Part shown: positions 42,501-50,673 of the stretch, piece by piece
Layout of the letters: every line of letters starts with the position of its first letter
Position numbering within the stretch: position 1 is the stretch's first letter
Assembly: GCA_965140585.1 (NCBI GenBank)
Contig: OZ223269.1
Location: 960,001 to 1,024,000 of the forward strand
DNA from: Spirochaetia bacterium
Lineage (GTDB): Bacteria; Spirochaetota; Spirochaetia; UBA9216
DNA length: 64,000 nucleotides
Direction of reading: 5' to 3'
Position numbers and translations under genes: made by a program
The notes under the pieces: generated by a model
The model's input: only the letters and a program-made list of their open reading frames with translations
Told to the model about the DNA's origin: nothing
Databases searched by the model: none

Positions 42501-42667
42501 TGATTCCTATGGCATTCTCCGGTGCCAACGGAACTGAAATGGTAAAACCAATTGGTGTAACAGTAATTGGCGGTCTGACATCAAATACTATAATTACCCT
42601 GTTTCTCGTACCGGTACTTTATCTGCTGATGCACCGAAAGCAGCACAAAAAGGAGATAGAATGTTAA
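39542..42667 (+). CDS. RND efflux permease (AcrB/MdtC family)
   Basis: 1041 aa; GMIVDGSIVVIENI, GIVVNNGIILVD, RLRPVLMTT. Confidence 0.95.
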   Translation: MTISRRILSRPMTMIIVFLVISVAGATLIGRLAVNLLPEIDMPALAVVTTYPMASPSEIEEKITRPIEAQLANVSGLDSMTSYSYENYSMIVMMLDFDTDMTETTADIRDKLSMVTNSLPEDSNTPSIFRFDPNAQPVITLALTGDQRLEVLLQIATDEVQPRLERISGVAEAAVSGGLEEIVQVDFYQERLDSLGLSISQISAALASQNMKLGAGEMLEGGKNYIIQTSGEINTLKELEMTTVGVKATGRNSYYEILLRDIADVHMGTANQTSIVLIDGKEGIQISVRKTDNANMIDVVNAVKAEISSIENILSDGNSIKVLQDNSIMVNSVINQVLSSAAVGILFAVLVLILFLRRIKPTIIIAISIPVSLLITIGAMSLAGKTFNMISLTGLILALGMIVDGSIVVIENIFRYRQKGALQQSSAELGTQEVIGAITGSILTSICVFLPLLIFKSDLGVVGIMFDDMAFTIVVALLSSLAVSILLVPVLASKVFPIYTREEKPVKNRALKYMDDSMETGMNKFTEAYRKAVGWCLNHKAVIILLSVALLAASIIQIPKLGLIMMPDSGETSIIMNVNMPEGTALEQTEAVMMQWQEIALENIPERERRSIVISSGSSGGLNSSGGTHTGTIEIALPDPAERSMSDEDIREIFRSRFDMFPDAVIQFSTTDQARMMTGSDVSINIKGNKLDDLVYVSEELMQLVKEEIPEIKEFTSSHSNALPEIQLELDRSKLFDLGLNSQTVAYEIRSQIAGVTATSITLDGETYDVVLQLREEDRDSEFDINRIFVSNSFGQKIPFSSFGDVVKTVGPVSIYREDRSKTITLSGSLQPGAKANFVQNEIETLAEEAIVLPEGVSFTTGGQMEMLTDAMDGMQLVLIFAALLVFAVMVSQFESLKLPLIIVIMIPMLLIGVVAIYTITGEPLSMPSLIGIVMLLGIVVNNGIILVDAINLQRKRGLTVFDACRDAAANRLRPVLMTTMTTVFAMIPMAFSGANGTEMVKPIGVTVIGGLTSNTIITLFLVPVLYLLMHRKQHKKEIEC

Positions 42668-42951
42668 AGCTCGAAATTATCGCAAACCAGGCACTTGAAG
42701 CTCCGCTTATTGAAATCATGCCTGAAAAAAACAGTAAACCCTGTTATACAATGCTTAAGCAGGTTGACGGTGCCGGTTATTCCGGCATCTGTCTGGGAAA
42801 CGATGTATGGCCTGAAGAAAATGTTATGTTTATTCTGTTTATAGATGAGCCCGAACTTGCTATAATTAAACAAAGTATTGACAGAATCCGTAAGAGATTC
42901 CCGCTTCTGGGATTATCCGTATTCTGTCATGAAGGTATAAAGGAATTGTAA
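42661..42951 (+). CDS. PII-like transporter-associated protein (PG0541-like)
   Basis: YTMLKQVDGAG..LGNDVWPEEN; immediately after the RND permease. Confidence 0.75.
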   Translation: MLKLEIIANQALEAPLIEIMPEKNSKPCYTMLKQVDGAGYSGICLGNDVWPEENVMFILFIDEPELAIIKQSIDRIRKRFPLLGLSVFCHEGIKEL

Positions 42952-42959
42952 AATAGCGT

Positions 42960-43652
42960 ATGCAGGCATCAGTGTTGATTATTGAGGATGAACCTAAAAT
43001 TGCTGAACTCATCTCAATGTACCTTCAGAAAGAAGGAATCGTTACCATCATTTGCGACTCCGGAGAAGAAGGACTTGATAAACTCAAAAGCAATAAATTT
43101 GATCTTGTCCTCCTTGATATCAACCTTCCCGGACTTGACGGTTTTGAGGTGCTTCAGGAAATAAGGAAGGTTGAAAACCTTCCTGTAATCATTGTATCAG
43201 CTAGACAGGAAGACGAGGATATGATACTCGGTTTCGGTGTAGGCGCCGATGACTACGTTTCTAAACCTTTCAGCCCGAAAGTACTCGCAGCCAGAGTCCG
43301 AGCTCATTTGAAAAGAAAAAATACATCTGGAGTTTCATATGGGAATATATGCGTATTCGGACCTTATACTCTTGATACTTCCAATTATATTCTTAAAAAA
43401 GACGGTATAAGATTTGAATTACCACCGAAAGAGATGGGAATACTTGTAGTTCTTGCGGAAAAACCCGGAAAGGCAAGTTCTCAGGAAGAACTTTATTCAC
43501 GCATCTGGAACAACAGTTACGGAGATCTTACTACTGTATCTGTGCATATCCAGCGTCTTAGAAAAAAACTTGAGAAGGATCCGTCGAAGCCCTGCTTTAT
43601 AAAGACCTCATACGGATTCGGCTACTATCTTGATACCGGTGGAAACGCTTAA
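42960..43652 (+). CDS. OmpR-family response regulator
   Basis: IEDE, LLDINLP, GADDYVSKPF, VHIQRLRKKLE..GFGY. Confidence 0.95.
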   Translation: MQASVLIIEDEPKIAELISMYLQKEGIVTIICDSGEEGLDKLKSNKFDLVLLDINLPGLDGFEVLQEIRKVENLPVIIVSARQEDEDMILGFGVGADDYVSKPFSPKVLAARVRAHLKRKNTSGVSYGNICVFGPYTLDTSNYILKKDGIRFELPPKEMGILVVLAEKPGKASSQEELYSRIWNNSYGDLTTVSVHIQRLRKKLEKDPSKPCFIKTSYGFGYYLDTGGNA

Positions 43653-45019
43653 TGAAATTGAGAAACAGACTCAAGATTATTACAATGGCTTTTCTGATTA
43701 TCCCGCTGTTATCAATAATGATCACAACTGTCACTTTCTATCTTTCCTGGTCACTGAGCTGGCAGGATGATAATGACCTTACTGTGCCCCGTTTTATGCA
43801 TAAACCGCTTCTTAAAATCCTTCAGGGTGAGGCGGATGCACTTGATGAGCATTCTGCTGGAATCGTCATGGTACTTGATGATGAAGCAAATATCATATGG
43901 GCCAGACATGAAGTTCAGTATGAACTTGATAAACATGACTGGACAGGATTTGACAAGATATACAAAGAACTTATGAACAGAATGCCCGGTATCCCTGTGA
44001 ATTTTATTGTTTATTCCTATCATGGGAAATCAGGAATGGTTATGTTTCTGGAAACGGCTTTTACCGGTGCTAAACTTTTTAAACTTAGCAATCTTCTAAT
44101 TGTCATCATCTATTACGGTATGATTCTGATACCTCTGCTGTTTATCATAATTAACATAAGACCTGCAATTAATTCATTTACAGTACTTGAAAACGCCGCG
44201 AATGAAATAGGCAGGGGCAACCTTGATGTAAGTATAAAACTTACAAAACAATCCGGTAAAAAGAATCCCATATTTAAAGAACTTGCGTCCCTCGAAAAAG
44301 CATTCGACGGCATGCGTAATGAACTGAAAGAGAACCATGAAAGACAGAGCCGGATGATGCTGGCAATTTCCCATGATCTAAAAACACCTCTTACCCTGAT
44401 TAAGGGTTACGTTGAAGCGTTAAAGGACGGAATGGCTGAAACTCCAGAACAGGTTATTGAATATGCTGATGTCATCTTTGACCGTTCAATTATACTTGAA
44501 GAACGTATAAATGATCTTATCCAGTTTGCAAAACTGAGAACAAGTGACTGGCAGGCTGGCTTTTCACTAATCGCTGTTAATGCCTTTATTGAGGAAATAA
44601 CTCAGGTTTTCAGTGATGATGCCTTTATTAGAAAACGAAAGTTTGAAAAGAATATCACAATTGATTCCGGAATCAGTATAAACGGTGATCAGAAAATGCT
44701 CTTTCAGATACTGGAAAATCTATTTGATAATGCATGCCGATATACAGATGATAATGATATAATCAGGTTTTCAGTTGAAAGAAATGATAACAACCTGTTT
44801 CTGCGCTTTGAAGATTCCGGACCCGGTATAAGCGCTGAACACAGAGATAAAATTTTCGGAGTTTTTTACCGGGCAGATCAGACCCGCAACAGCAGAGGCA
44901 TTGGTGTTGGTCTTAGTTCTGTACAGCTGATTGTTGAAAATCATGGCGGAAGTATAGAATATTTCCAGTCAGACCTCGGAGGTGCCGGTTTCCTCGTTGT
45001 GTTACCGATTTGCTTGTAG
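43652..45019 (+). CDS. HAMP-domain sensor histidine kinase
   Basis: Two TM; SHDLKTPLT, NLFDNA, DSGPG, GVGLS. Confidence 0.95.
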   Translation: MKLRNRLKIITMAFLIIPLLSIMITTVTFYLSWSLSWQDDNDLTVPRFMHKPLLKILQGEADALDEHSAGIVMVLDDEANIIWARHEVQYELDKHDWTGFDKIYKELMNRMPGIPVNFIVYSYHGKSGMVMFLETAFTGAKLFKLSNLLIVIIYYGMILIPLLFIIINIRPAINSFTVLENAANEIGRGNLDVSIKLTKQSGKKNPIFKELASLEKAFDGMRNELKENHERQSRMMLAISHDLKTPLTLIKGYVEALKDGMAETPEQVIEYADVIFDRSIILEERINDLIQFAKLRTSDWQAGFSLIAVNAFIEEITQVFSDDAFIRKRKFEKNITIDSGISINGDQKMLFQILENLFDNACRYTDDNDIIRFSVERNDNNLFLRFEDSGPGISAEHRDKIFGVFYRADQTRNSRGIGVGLSSVQLIVENHGGSIEYFQSDLGGAGFLVVLPICL

Positions 45020-45079
45020 ACAAAATCAGCTTTTTAATAGCATATAGATGGTAAATATTGTGTAACTGAAGGGGTTTTT

Positions 45080-45883
45080 ATGATAGTAGGAATAGATATC
45101 GGCAGTACAACAACCAAGGCTGTTGTTATGAAAGACAATAAACTGCTTACCAAGATGAAAGTAAAAGCTTCTGATTCCATAACATCGGCAACCGGTGTTC
45201 TTGGGCGTATCACAGTTGAGCATGATATTGAAATTGGTGATATTCAGAAAATCAACATAACCGGAGCAGGTGCTCTTAAAATTCATAAAAATATTTTTAA
45301 TATACCAACCAAAAAAATTGAAGAAATTAATGCTATAGGTCACGGTGGAAAATTTCTTTCCGGTAAGGATGATATAGTTATAGCAAATATCGGAACAGGT
45401 ACCGCTATGGTAGAGAATATCGGAGGCAAAATTTCACACTTAGGCGGAACTGCGGTTGGTGGTGGTACACTGGTCGGTCTGGCGAAACTGCTTTTAAACA
45501 CATCAGATTTTAAGGGTATTGTAGAGCTTGCCGAAAGAGGAACACTGAACTCCGTAGACCTTCTCATTGGTGATATTGTTGAAAAGAATATCAGCTTCCT
45601 GAATATGGAGGATACAGCCTCCAATTTCGGAAAGATTCTTGATACAGCTTCTAAAGAGGATATCGCTCTGGGCCTGATAAACATGATATATCAGGTTATC
45701 GGTATGATAGCGGTATTTGCAGCCCAGAGCAGAAATAAAGATATTGTAGTTGTAACAGGTAACGGCAGCCATAACCTGCTGGGGCAGAATGTACTTAATA
45801 AAATATCAGAAATGTATGGAATTAAGTACGAATTTCCCCAGGATGCGGAATATGCCACAGCAATAGGCGCCGCCCTGTTGTAA
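45080..45883 (+). CDS. coaW: Type II pantothenate kinase-like (ASKHA/fumble) protein
   Basis: GIDIGSTTTK, TGAGA, NIGTGT, GTAVGGGT..GL, VDLLIGDI, TASNFGK, AIGA. Confidence 0.78.
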   Translation: MIVGIDIGSTTTKAVVMKDNKLLTKMKVKASDSITSATGVLGRITVEHDIEIGDIQKINITGAGALKIHKNIFNIPTKKIEEINAIGHGGKFLSGKDDIVIANIGTGTAMVENIGGKISHLGGTAVGGGTLVGLAKLLLNTSDFKGIVELAERGTLNSVDLLIGDIVEKNISFLNMEDTASNFGKILDTASKEDIALGLINMIYQVIGMIAVFAAQSRNKDIVVVTGNGSHNLLGQNVLNKISEMYGIKYEFPQDAEYATAIGAALL

Positions 45884-45902
45884 AAATTTTTAAAATGCAG
45901 TT

Positions 45903-46982
45903 TTAAGTGACCAGCGGTATCAGGGTTTCAATATAATATGGGTCGCTTGAAACCGGCTCTCCTTCATATCCTTTTGAATCTAACGGTATAACAATTGCTT
46001 TGATATATTTACCTACATCTGAAGATTGAATATTATACGAAGCTGCTGTTTCACCATCTATCAGAGTATAGGTTCCATCAGCCGAATCTGAAATATACCA
46101 TGCAATCACTGTGTCTGCTTCCTCATCATCATCACTGTCTGTATAGACATAATCTGCTATAAGCTGATTCATTATCCTTGTGACTCCTGTATAGAAACTC
46201 ATTGTAGGTGAATTGAATCGATATCCTTCAATTATTTCTTCCCAGTATCTGTTTGTTGAAGAATCAAACTGACGTTCAATCGGATAGTAATAAACAATAT
46301 CGGTTAGTGGTCCGATAGCTGCCAGAGGAGCGAACTCCTCACCGTAATGAGGATATACATTATCATCCATGGAATCACTGATAGCCCAGAAGCCTCCATC
46401 AGAATCATAATAATAAATATAATAGGTAATTCCGGCATTTTCCATTGTGTAATAGTCACCAGAGACATCTTTTACGTAAAAACCCTCAATCTGAGTAAAC
46501 TCTGTAGTATCGCTGACTGTTATTCCGAACGCTGCCTCCGGTGCATAATTTCCTGTTCCGATAAGATTGAATGACATCGTATTAACTGCATCCGTTTCAT
46601 AACTGACAGTAACTGCAGCATCTCTTGTACCGTTGTCGGATGGATTAAAGGTTACTGAAAAACTGACAGAATCACCGGATTCAAGATCTGCGGGCAACTC
46701 ACTGACAGATACTGTAAAATCATCTGTATTATCAACTATTATGCTGTTAATTTTAAAGACAGTATCACCGGTATTTTCTATCGTTCCTGAAACTGTTTCA
46801 GATGATTCACCGACCTTAATTTCACCGAAGTTAATTCTGGATAAATCATCCAGTGTAACATCAGTAAAATTGAGATTTAAATCATAATTGGGATTGATGT
46901 CCGGTGTAGTTTCTGGATTGCATGATATAAGTACAGTAAGGATGACTACAACCGAAACAAAAGTAACAATTACATTCTTCAT
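45903..46982 (-). CDS. Surface lipoprotein with Ig-like (ASH / choice-of-anchor D) domains
   Basis: Lipobox LISC; INFGEIKVG..IENTG..VTFNPS..G; C-terminal YTDSDDDEE..WY..DVGKYIKA..P. Confidence 0.75.
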   Translation of the reverse strand: MKNVIVTFVSVVVILTVLISCNPETTPDINPNYDLNLNFTDVTLDDLSRINFGEIKVGESSETVSGTIENTGDTVFKINSIIVDNTDDFTVSVSELPADLESGDSVSFSVTFNPSDNGTRDAAVTVSYETDAVNTMSFNLIGTGNYAPEAAFGITVSDTTEFTQIEGFYVKDVSGDYYTMENAGITYYIYYYDSDGGFWAISDSMDDNVYPHYGEEFAPLAAIGPLTDIVYYYPIERQFDSSTNRYWEEIIEGYRFNSPTMSFYTGVTRIMNQLIADYVYTDSDDDEEADTVIAWYISDSADGTYTLIDGETAASYNIQSSDVGKYIKAIVIPLDSKGYEGEPVSSDPYYIETLIPLVT

Positions 46983-47184
46983 TGTTTTCTCCTTTGGAAT
47001 ATATCACTTACAGAAGCTATCATATTTTAGAAGGATACTTGTGATTTATATCTATATTTTATCACTCTGACATTATTGTTCAATGAATAAATAGCTGATA
47101 ATCAACAATATCTTAATTTGGCCGATATAATTAATCAAATGGAAGCTCCTATGGAAAAAATATAAAGTAATGCTATGATACAAT

Positions 47185-47418
47185 ATGAATATGATACAGG
47201 AAACGTTCGAAAACTACATCTTAACAGCTGCACCTCTTCAAACCTCTAACGGAAGATGGTCTGTATCGGTGATTATCAAACAGACCAACGGTTCCGGACA
47301 AAAATCCAGGCGATTTTACGCTGATGATGGAATCTCCTATATTCTCGAAATAGAAGCTGCAAAGGAATGTCTTAACCTCGGCCGGAATCTTATCAAAAGA
47401 AACCTGGCAGGCTTATAA
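47185..47418 (+). CDS. Small hypothetical protein
   Basis: 77-aa ORF with three-strand plus helix pattern in an otherwise empty gap. Confidence 0.55.
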   Translation: MNMIQETFENYILTAAPLQTSNGRWSVSVIIKQTNGSGQKSRRFYADDGISYILEIEAAKECLNLGRNLIKRNLAGL

Positions 47419-47493
47419 AGAATGCATTAAATAAAGATAGCTATTGTACATTTTTATGATAAAATAAGTGTATATTTTCAAACGGAGAACAGC

Positions 47494-49404
47494 ATGTCAC
47501 AGAAGACAGAATGGTACAAGGATGCCGGATTCGGACTCTTCATTCATTGGGGAGCGTACTCTGTGGCTGGAGTAGAGGCTTCCTGGCCGATAATGGCTCC
47601 CAGAATGTCAGAGGCTATGTTTAAAGTACCGTCCAATATTTCAGAAGAAGATTATTTTAAGCTTCCTCAAAGTTTTAATCCTGTTGAATTTAAACCGGAT
47701 GAATGGGTAGAAACCGCCAGAAACGCAGGTATGAAGTACATCATTTTTACATCAAAACATCATGATGGTTTCTGTATGTTCGATGCACCCGGTACTTCAT
47801 ACAAGATTACCAATACTCCTTATGGCCGTGATATCTGCCTTGAACTGGCTGAAGCCTGCCGAAAAGCGGATATGCCTCTCGGCTTTTATTATTCTCCGCC
47901 TGATATGAATCATCCGGGATACCGGGATACTTCAAAACCGGTGACTGCAAACTGGACCGGTCAACCTGAACGGAAAAAGGAATGGGCTGAATATTTAGAT
48001 TATATGGAATCTCATATAGTTAAATTGCTGACTAATTATGGGAAAATATCTGTACTCTGGTTCGACGGCCTGTCAAATCACGGAAAATATCAGCCGGAAC
48101 GTTTTCATAAACTTATAAGAAAAATCAGCCCTGATACATTAATAAATGACAGGCTTGGCGATGGCTACGATTTTCTTACACCCGAGCAGTTTATACCAAA
48201 AGATGGAATTCCTGCTAAAAGTTTTTCAAAAGCTCCCGGAATGGAACCGGGAGGTGATAGTTTCTTCAAGACAGTTAATAAACTATTTAAAGTTCCTCTT
48301 ATAAATATTTATATCAGAAAACAGATGGAAAAATACTCAACCGGAGAACTGGAGCTTTCACCGGTATACAGAGAAGCATATCCTGAACCTGAATATTTTC
48401 AGCTTTGGGAAACATGTATGACAATCGGCAGTACCTGGGCATTTAATCCTTTAGAAAAAAACTGGAAAACTTCATCATCCCTGATTGAGAATCTGATTGC
48501 TGTATCGGCTAAAGGAGGCAACTATCTCCTTAATATAGGACCGGATGGTCTTGGTCAGTTTCCATCTGAAGCTGTAAACAGGCTGAAAGATATCGGAACA
48601 TGGATGAATCAAAATGGTGAGTATGTATATGGAAGTAATTATACCGGAATACAGGATCAAAACTGGGGCTATACGCTTAGAAAAGATAAAAATCTGTACT
48701 TATTTTTAAAAATGGATTCAAAAGAAAGTACATTGGAACTTACAGCTCTGCCAGCAGATATTGTTTCAGTTAGATTAAGCTCCGGAGCACCATGTGAGTA
48801 TCAATTTGAAAACGGATCCCTTTTAATTCCTTTGGATAATCTTAAGAAAACAGAACCTCTAACGGTAATTATTGCAGAAATTGACCATCAGGCAGTAAAT
48901 AAAGAAAAATACAGTCCTCATATCGACAACCGTCAGACAGGACGCTCTTTTCTTAAAAAGCAGGTCTTTTACAGTTTAATAGTAAACAGCATTGCAAACG
49001 GTCTTATTGCTTTTTTCAGCTATATTAATCATTCCGCAGTTAAGGCAGTTGACGGGCTTATCGATTCCGGGATAACCGCTTTTATAATTGGTTTTATTGT
49101 TACCTGGATTTTGACCGATTCAGTTAGGAAAGAAGTATTTATGCACCGACTTAAGGATTATACCGATAACCCGGTTTTCAGAATTATGCCCGGTAATATA
49201 ATTTTACGATCTGTTGTTTTTTCATTTATAACAAGCTGCCTTATCATGCTTCTTTTCTGGTCAGTACTAAATTTAACCGGAATTTCAGTCATAGCTAATA
49301 ATCATTATATACTGATTAAAACTCTCTACACAGGTGTATCCGGTGCAATCGCAGCATTGGCTGCCATCGGATCAGTATTAATTGAACATCGAAGGCAGAG
49401 TTAA
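47494..49404 (+). CDS. GH29 alpha-L-fucosidase with C-terminal 4-TM domain
   Basis: FGLFIHWG, TSKHHDGF, LWFDG nucleophile, INDR, TPEQ, WETCMT, GGNYLLNIGP; hydrophobic C-terminus. Confidence 0.88.
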   Translation: MSQKTEWYKDAGFGLFIHWGAYSVAGVEASWPIMAPRMSEAMFKVPSNISEEDYFKLPQSFNPVEFKPDEWVETARNAGMKYIIFTSKHHDGFCMFDAPGTSYKITNTPYGRDICLELAEACRKADMPLGFYYSPPDMNHPGYRDTSKPVTANWTGQPERKKEWAEYLDYMESHIVKLLTNYGKISVLWFDGLSNHGKYQPERFHKLIRKISPDTLINDRLGDGYDFLTPEQFIPKDGIPAKSFSKAPGMEPGGDSFFKTVNKLFKVPLINIYIRKQMEKYSTGELELSPVYREAYPEPEYFQLWETCMTIGSTWAFNPLEKNWKTSSSLIENLIAVSAKGGNYLLNIGPDGLGQFPSEAVNRLKDIGTWMNQNGEYVYGSNYTGIQDQNWGYTLRKDKNLYLFLKMDSKESTLELTALPADIVSVRLSSGAPCEYQFENGSLLIPLDNLKKTEPLTVIIAEIDHQAVNKEKYSPHIDNRQTGRSFLKKQVFYSLIVNSIANGLIAFFSYINHSAVKAVDGLIDSGITAFIIGFIVTWILTDSVRKEVFMHRLKDYTDNPVFRIMPGNIILRSVVFSFITSCLIMLLFWSVLNLTGISVIANNHYILIKTLYTGVSGAIAALAAIGSVLIEHRRQS

Positions 49405-49425
49405 AAAATACAGGAAATTACATCA

Positions 49426-50163
49426 ATGGTTTTACGCAAAATTTTTTTCGCAATTCTTCTAATATTTTCAGTCTCAACAGCTCTTCATGCTGAAATAATT
49501 ATCAGAGCATATAACGGCTATATACTCTGGATAGATACAGAGCAAAGAGGTCCTGTGTTTTTTATGTATAATTTAGGTCCAGATAACGGAAATTATAATA
49601 AAAGAAATTACAAACCTGATCCCTGGCTCGATTCTGAATTTCAGCAAAAAGACTCCGGAACATACGCTTCGGTTCATCAAGGTTGGGATCTTGGGCATCT
49701 GGTGCCTCTTAATCATCTTGATTCCTATACGGAAACCGCCGCCGCGACTGAGTATCTTACAGATATCGTCCCGCAAGCCAGTTATCTCAATCAGCGAGGG
49801 ACCTGGAGAGAAACAGAGAAGATAATTGAATGTTTAAGAGAAGATTATTATCTAACTATTTTTGGAGGAGTTATCTGGGGTGATGATGAGTCCAATGATT
49901 ATTTTGTTGAATCTCATGGAATTAAAACTCCTGATTTTCTCTGGAAGGCAATTCTTCACGATGTTGAAGTAATTGCATGGATTATGCCGAACACCGACGA
50001 TACAGATCTGACAAGAGCTGAAAAGCTCGATGATTATATTTGTTCTATCGATGAAATATCTGAACAGGCATTTATTCCGATTTATCTGCCTGGTTTTATC
50101 AGAGAACAGAAACCTGAAACGACCTGGAAAATTGACTGTACCGGCAATGACTGGAAAAAATGA
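49426..50163 (+). CDS. Secreted DNA/RNA non-specific endonuclease
   Basis: Signal peptide; WDLGHLVP, IVPQ..LN..W..E, TPDFLWK, AWIMPN. Confidence 0.85.
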   Translation: MVLRKIFFAILLIFSVSTALHAEIIIRAYNGYILWIDTEQRGPVFFMYNLGPDNGNYNKRNYKPDPWLDSEFQQKDSGTYASVHQGWDLGHLVPLNHLDSYTETAAATEYLTDIVPQASYLNQRGTWRETEKIIECLREDYYLTIFGGVIWGDDESNDYFVESHGIKTPDFLWKAILHDVEVIAWIMPNTDDTDLTRAEKLDDYICSIDEISEQAFIPIYLPGFIREQKPETTWKIDCTGNDWKK

Positions 50164-50673
50164 TCAGCCTTTCAATGATTCAAAAAATCCAAGTTCCCTG
50201 TTTTTTCTGACATTATCATAATTAAAGATTCTTCCGTTCATCACGATATATACACCATGCTCCAAAAGCTGTACTGCTGTAAAACTACAGCCAAGATTGA
50301 AAACAGCATCAGACCCCGCAATAGTATATGGGATCATAGCTCCTGTTAAGATAACGGTTTTTGCAAGGCGAGCTTCGCCAAGAATAGCAGCAGTCTCTGC
50401 CATTGTATCGGTTCCATGGGTGATTATAATTCTTGATTCCTTTGCGCTTCTACAGGAATCAAGAATAGAAATACGATTGCTTTCAGCCATATCAAGGCTG
50501 TCAATAAGCTGGTTTACTTCAAGTTCAACCGGAAGAGTCGGCCTCACAGTTTTTACTATTTCAGGCAGATGACTGTTTTGAAAAGTAAGATCTCCCTTTA
50601 TTGCGTCATATTCCTTATCGAAGGTTCCGCCGGTAATGATGATCCTAATTGTTTCGCTTGCTGATTCTTTCAT
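50164..50673 (-). CDS. Short-chain asparaginase domain protein
   Basis: TGGTFDK, DSLDM, THGTDTM, TGAMIP. Confidence 0.9.
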   Translation of the reverse strand: MKESASETIRIIITGGTFDKEYDAIKGDLTFQNSHLPEIVKTVRPTLPVELEVNQLIDSLDMAESNRISILDSCRSAKESRIIITHGTDTMAETAAILGEARLAKTVILTGAMIPYTIAGSDAVFNLGCSFTAVQLLEHGVYIVMNGRIFNYDNVRKNRELGFFESLKG

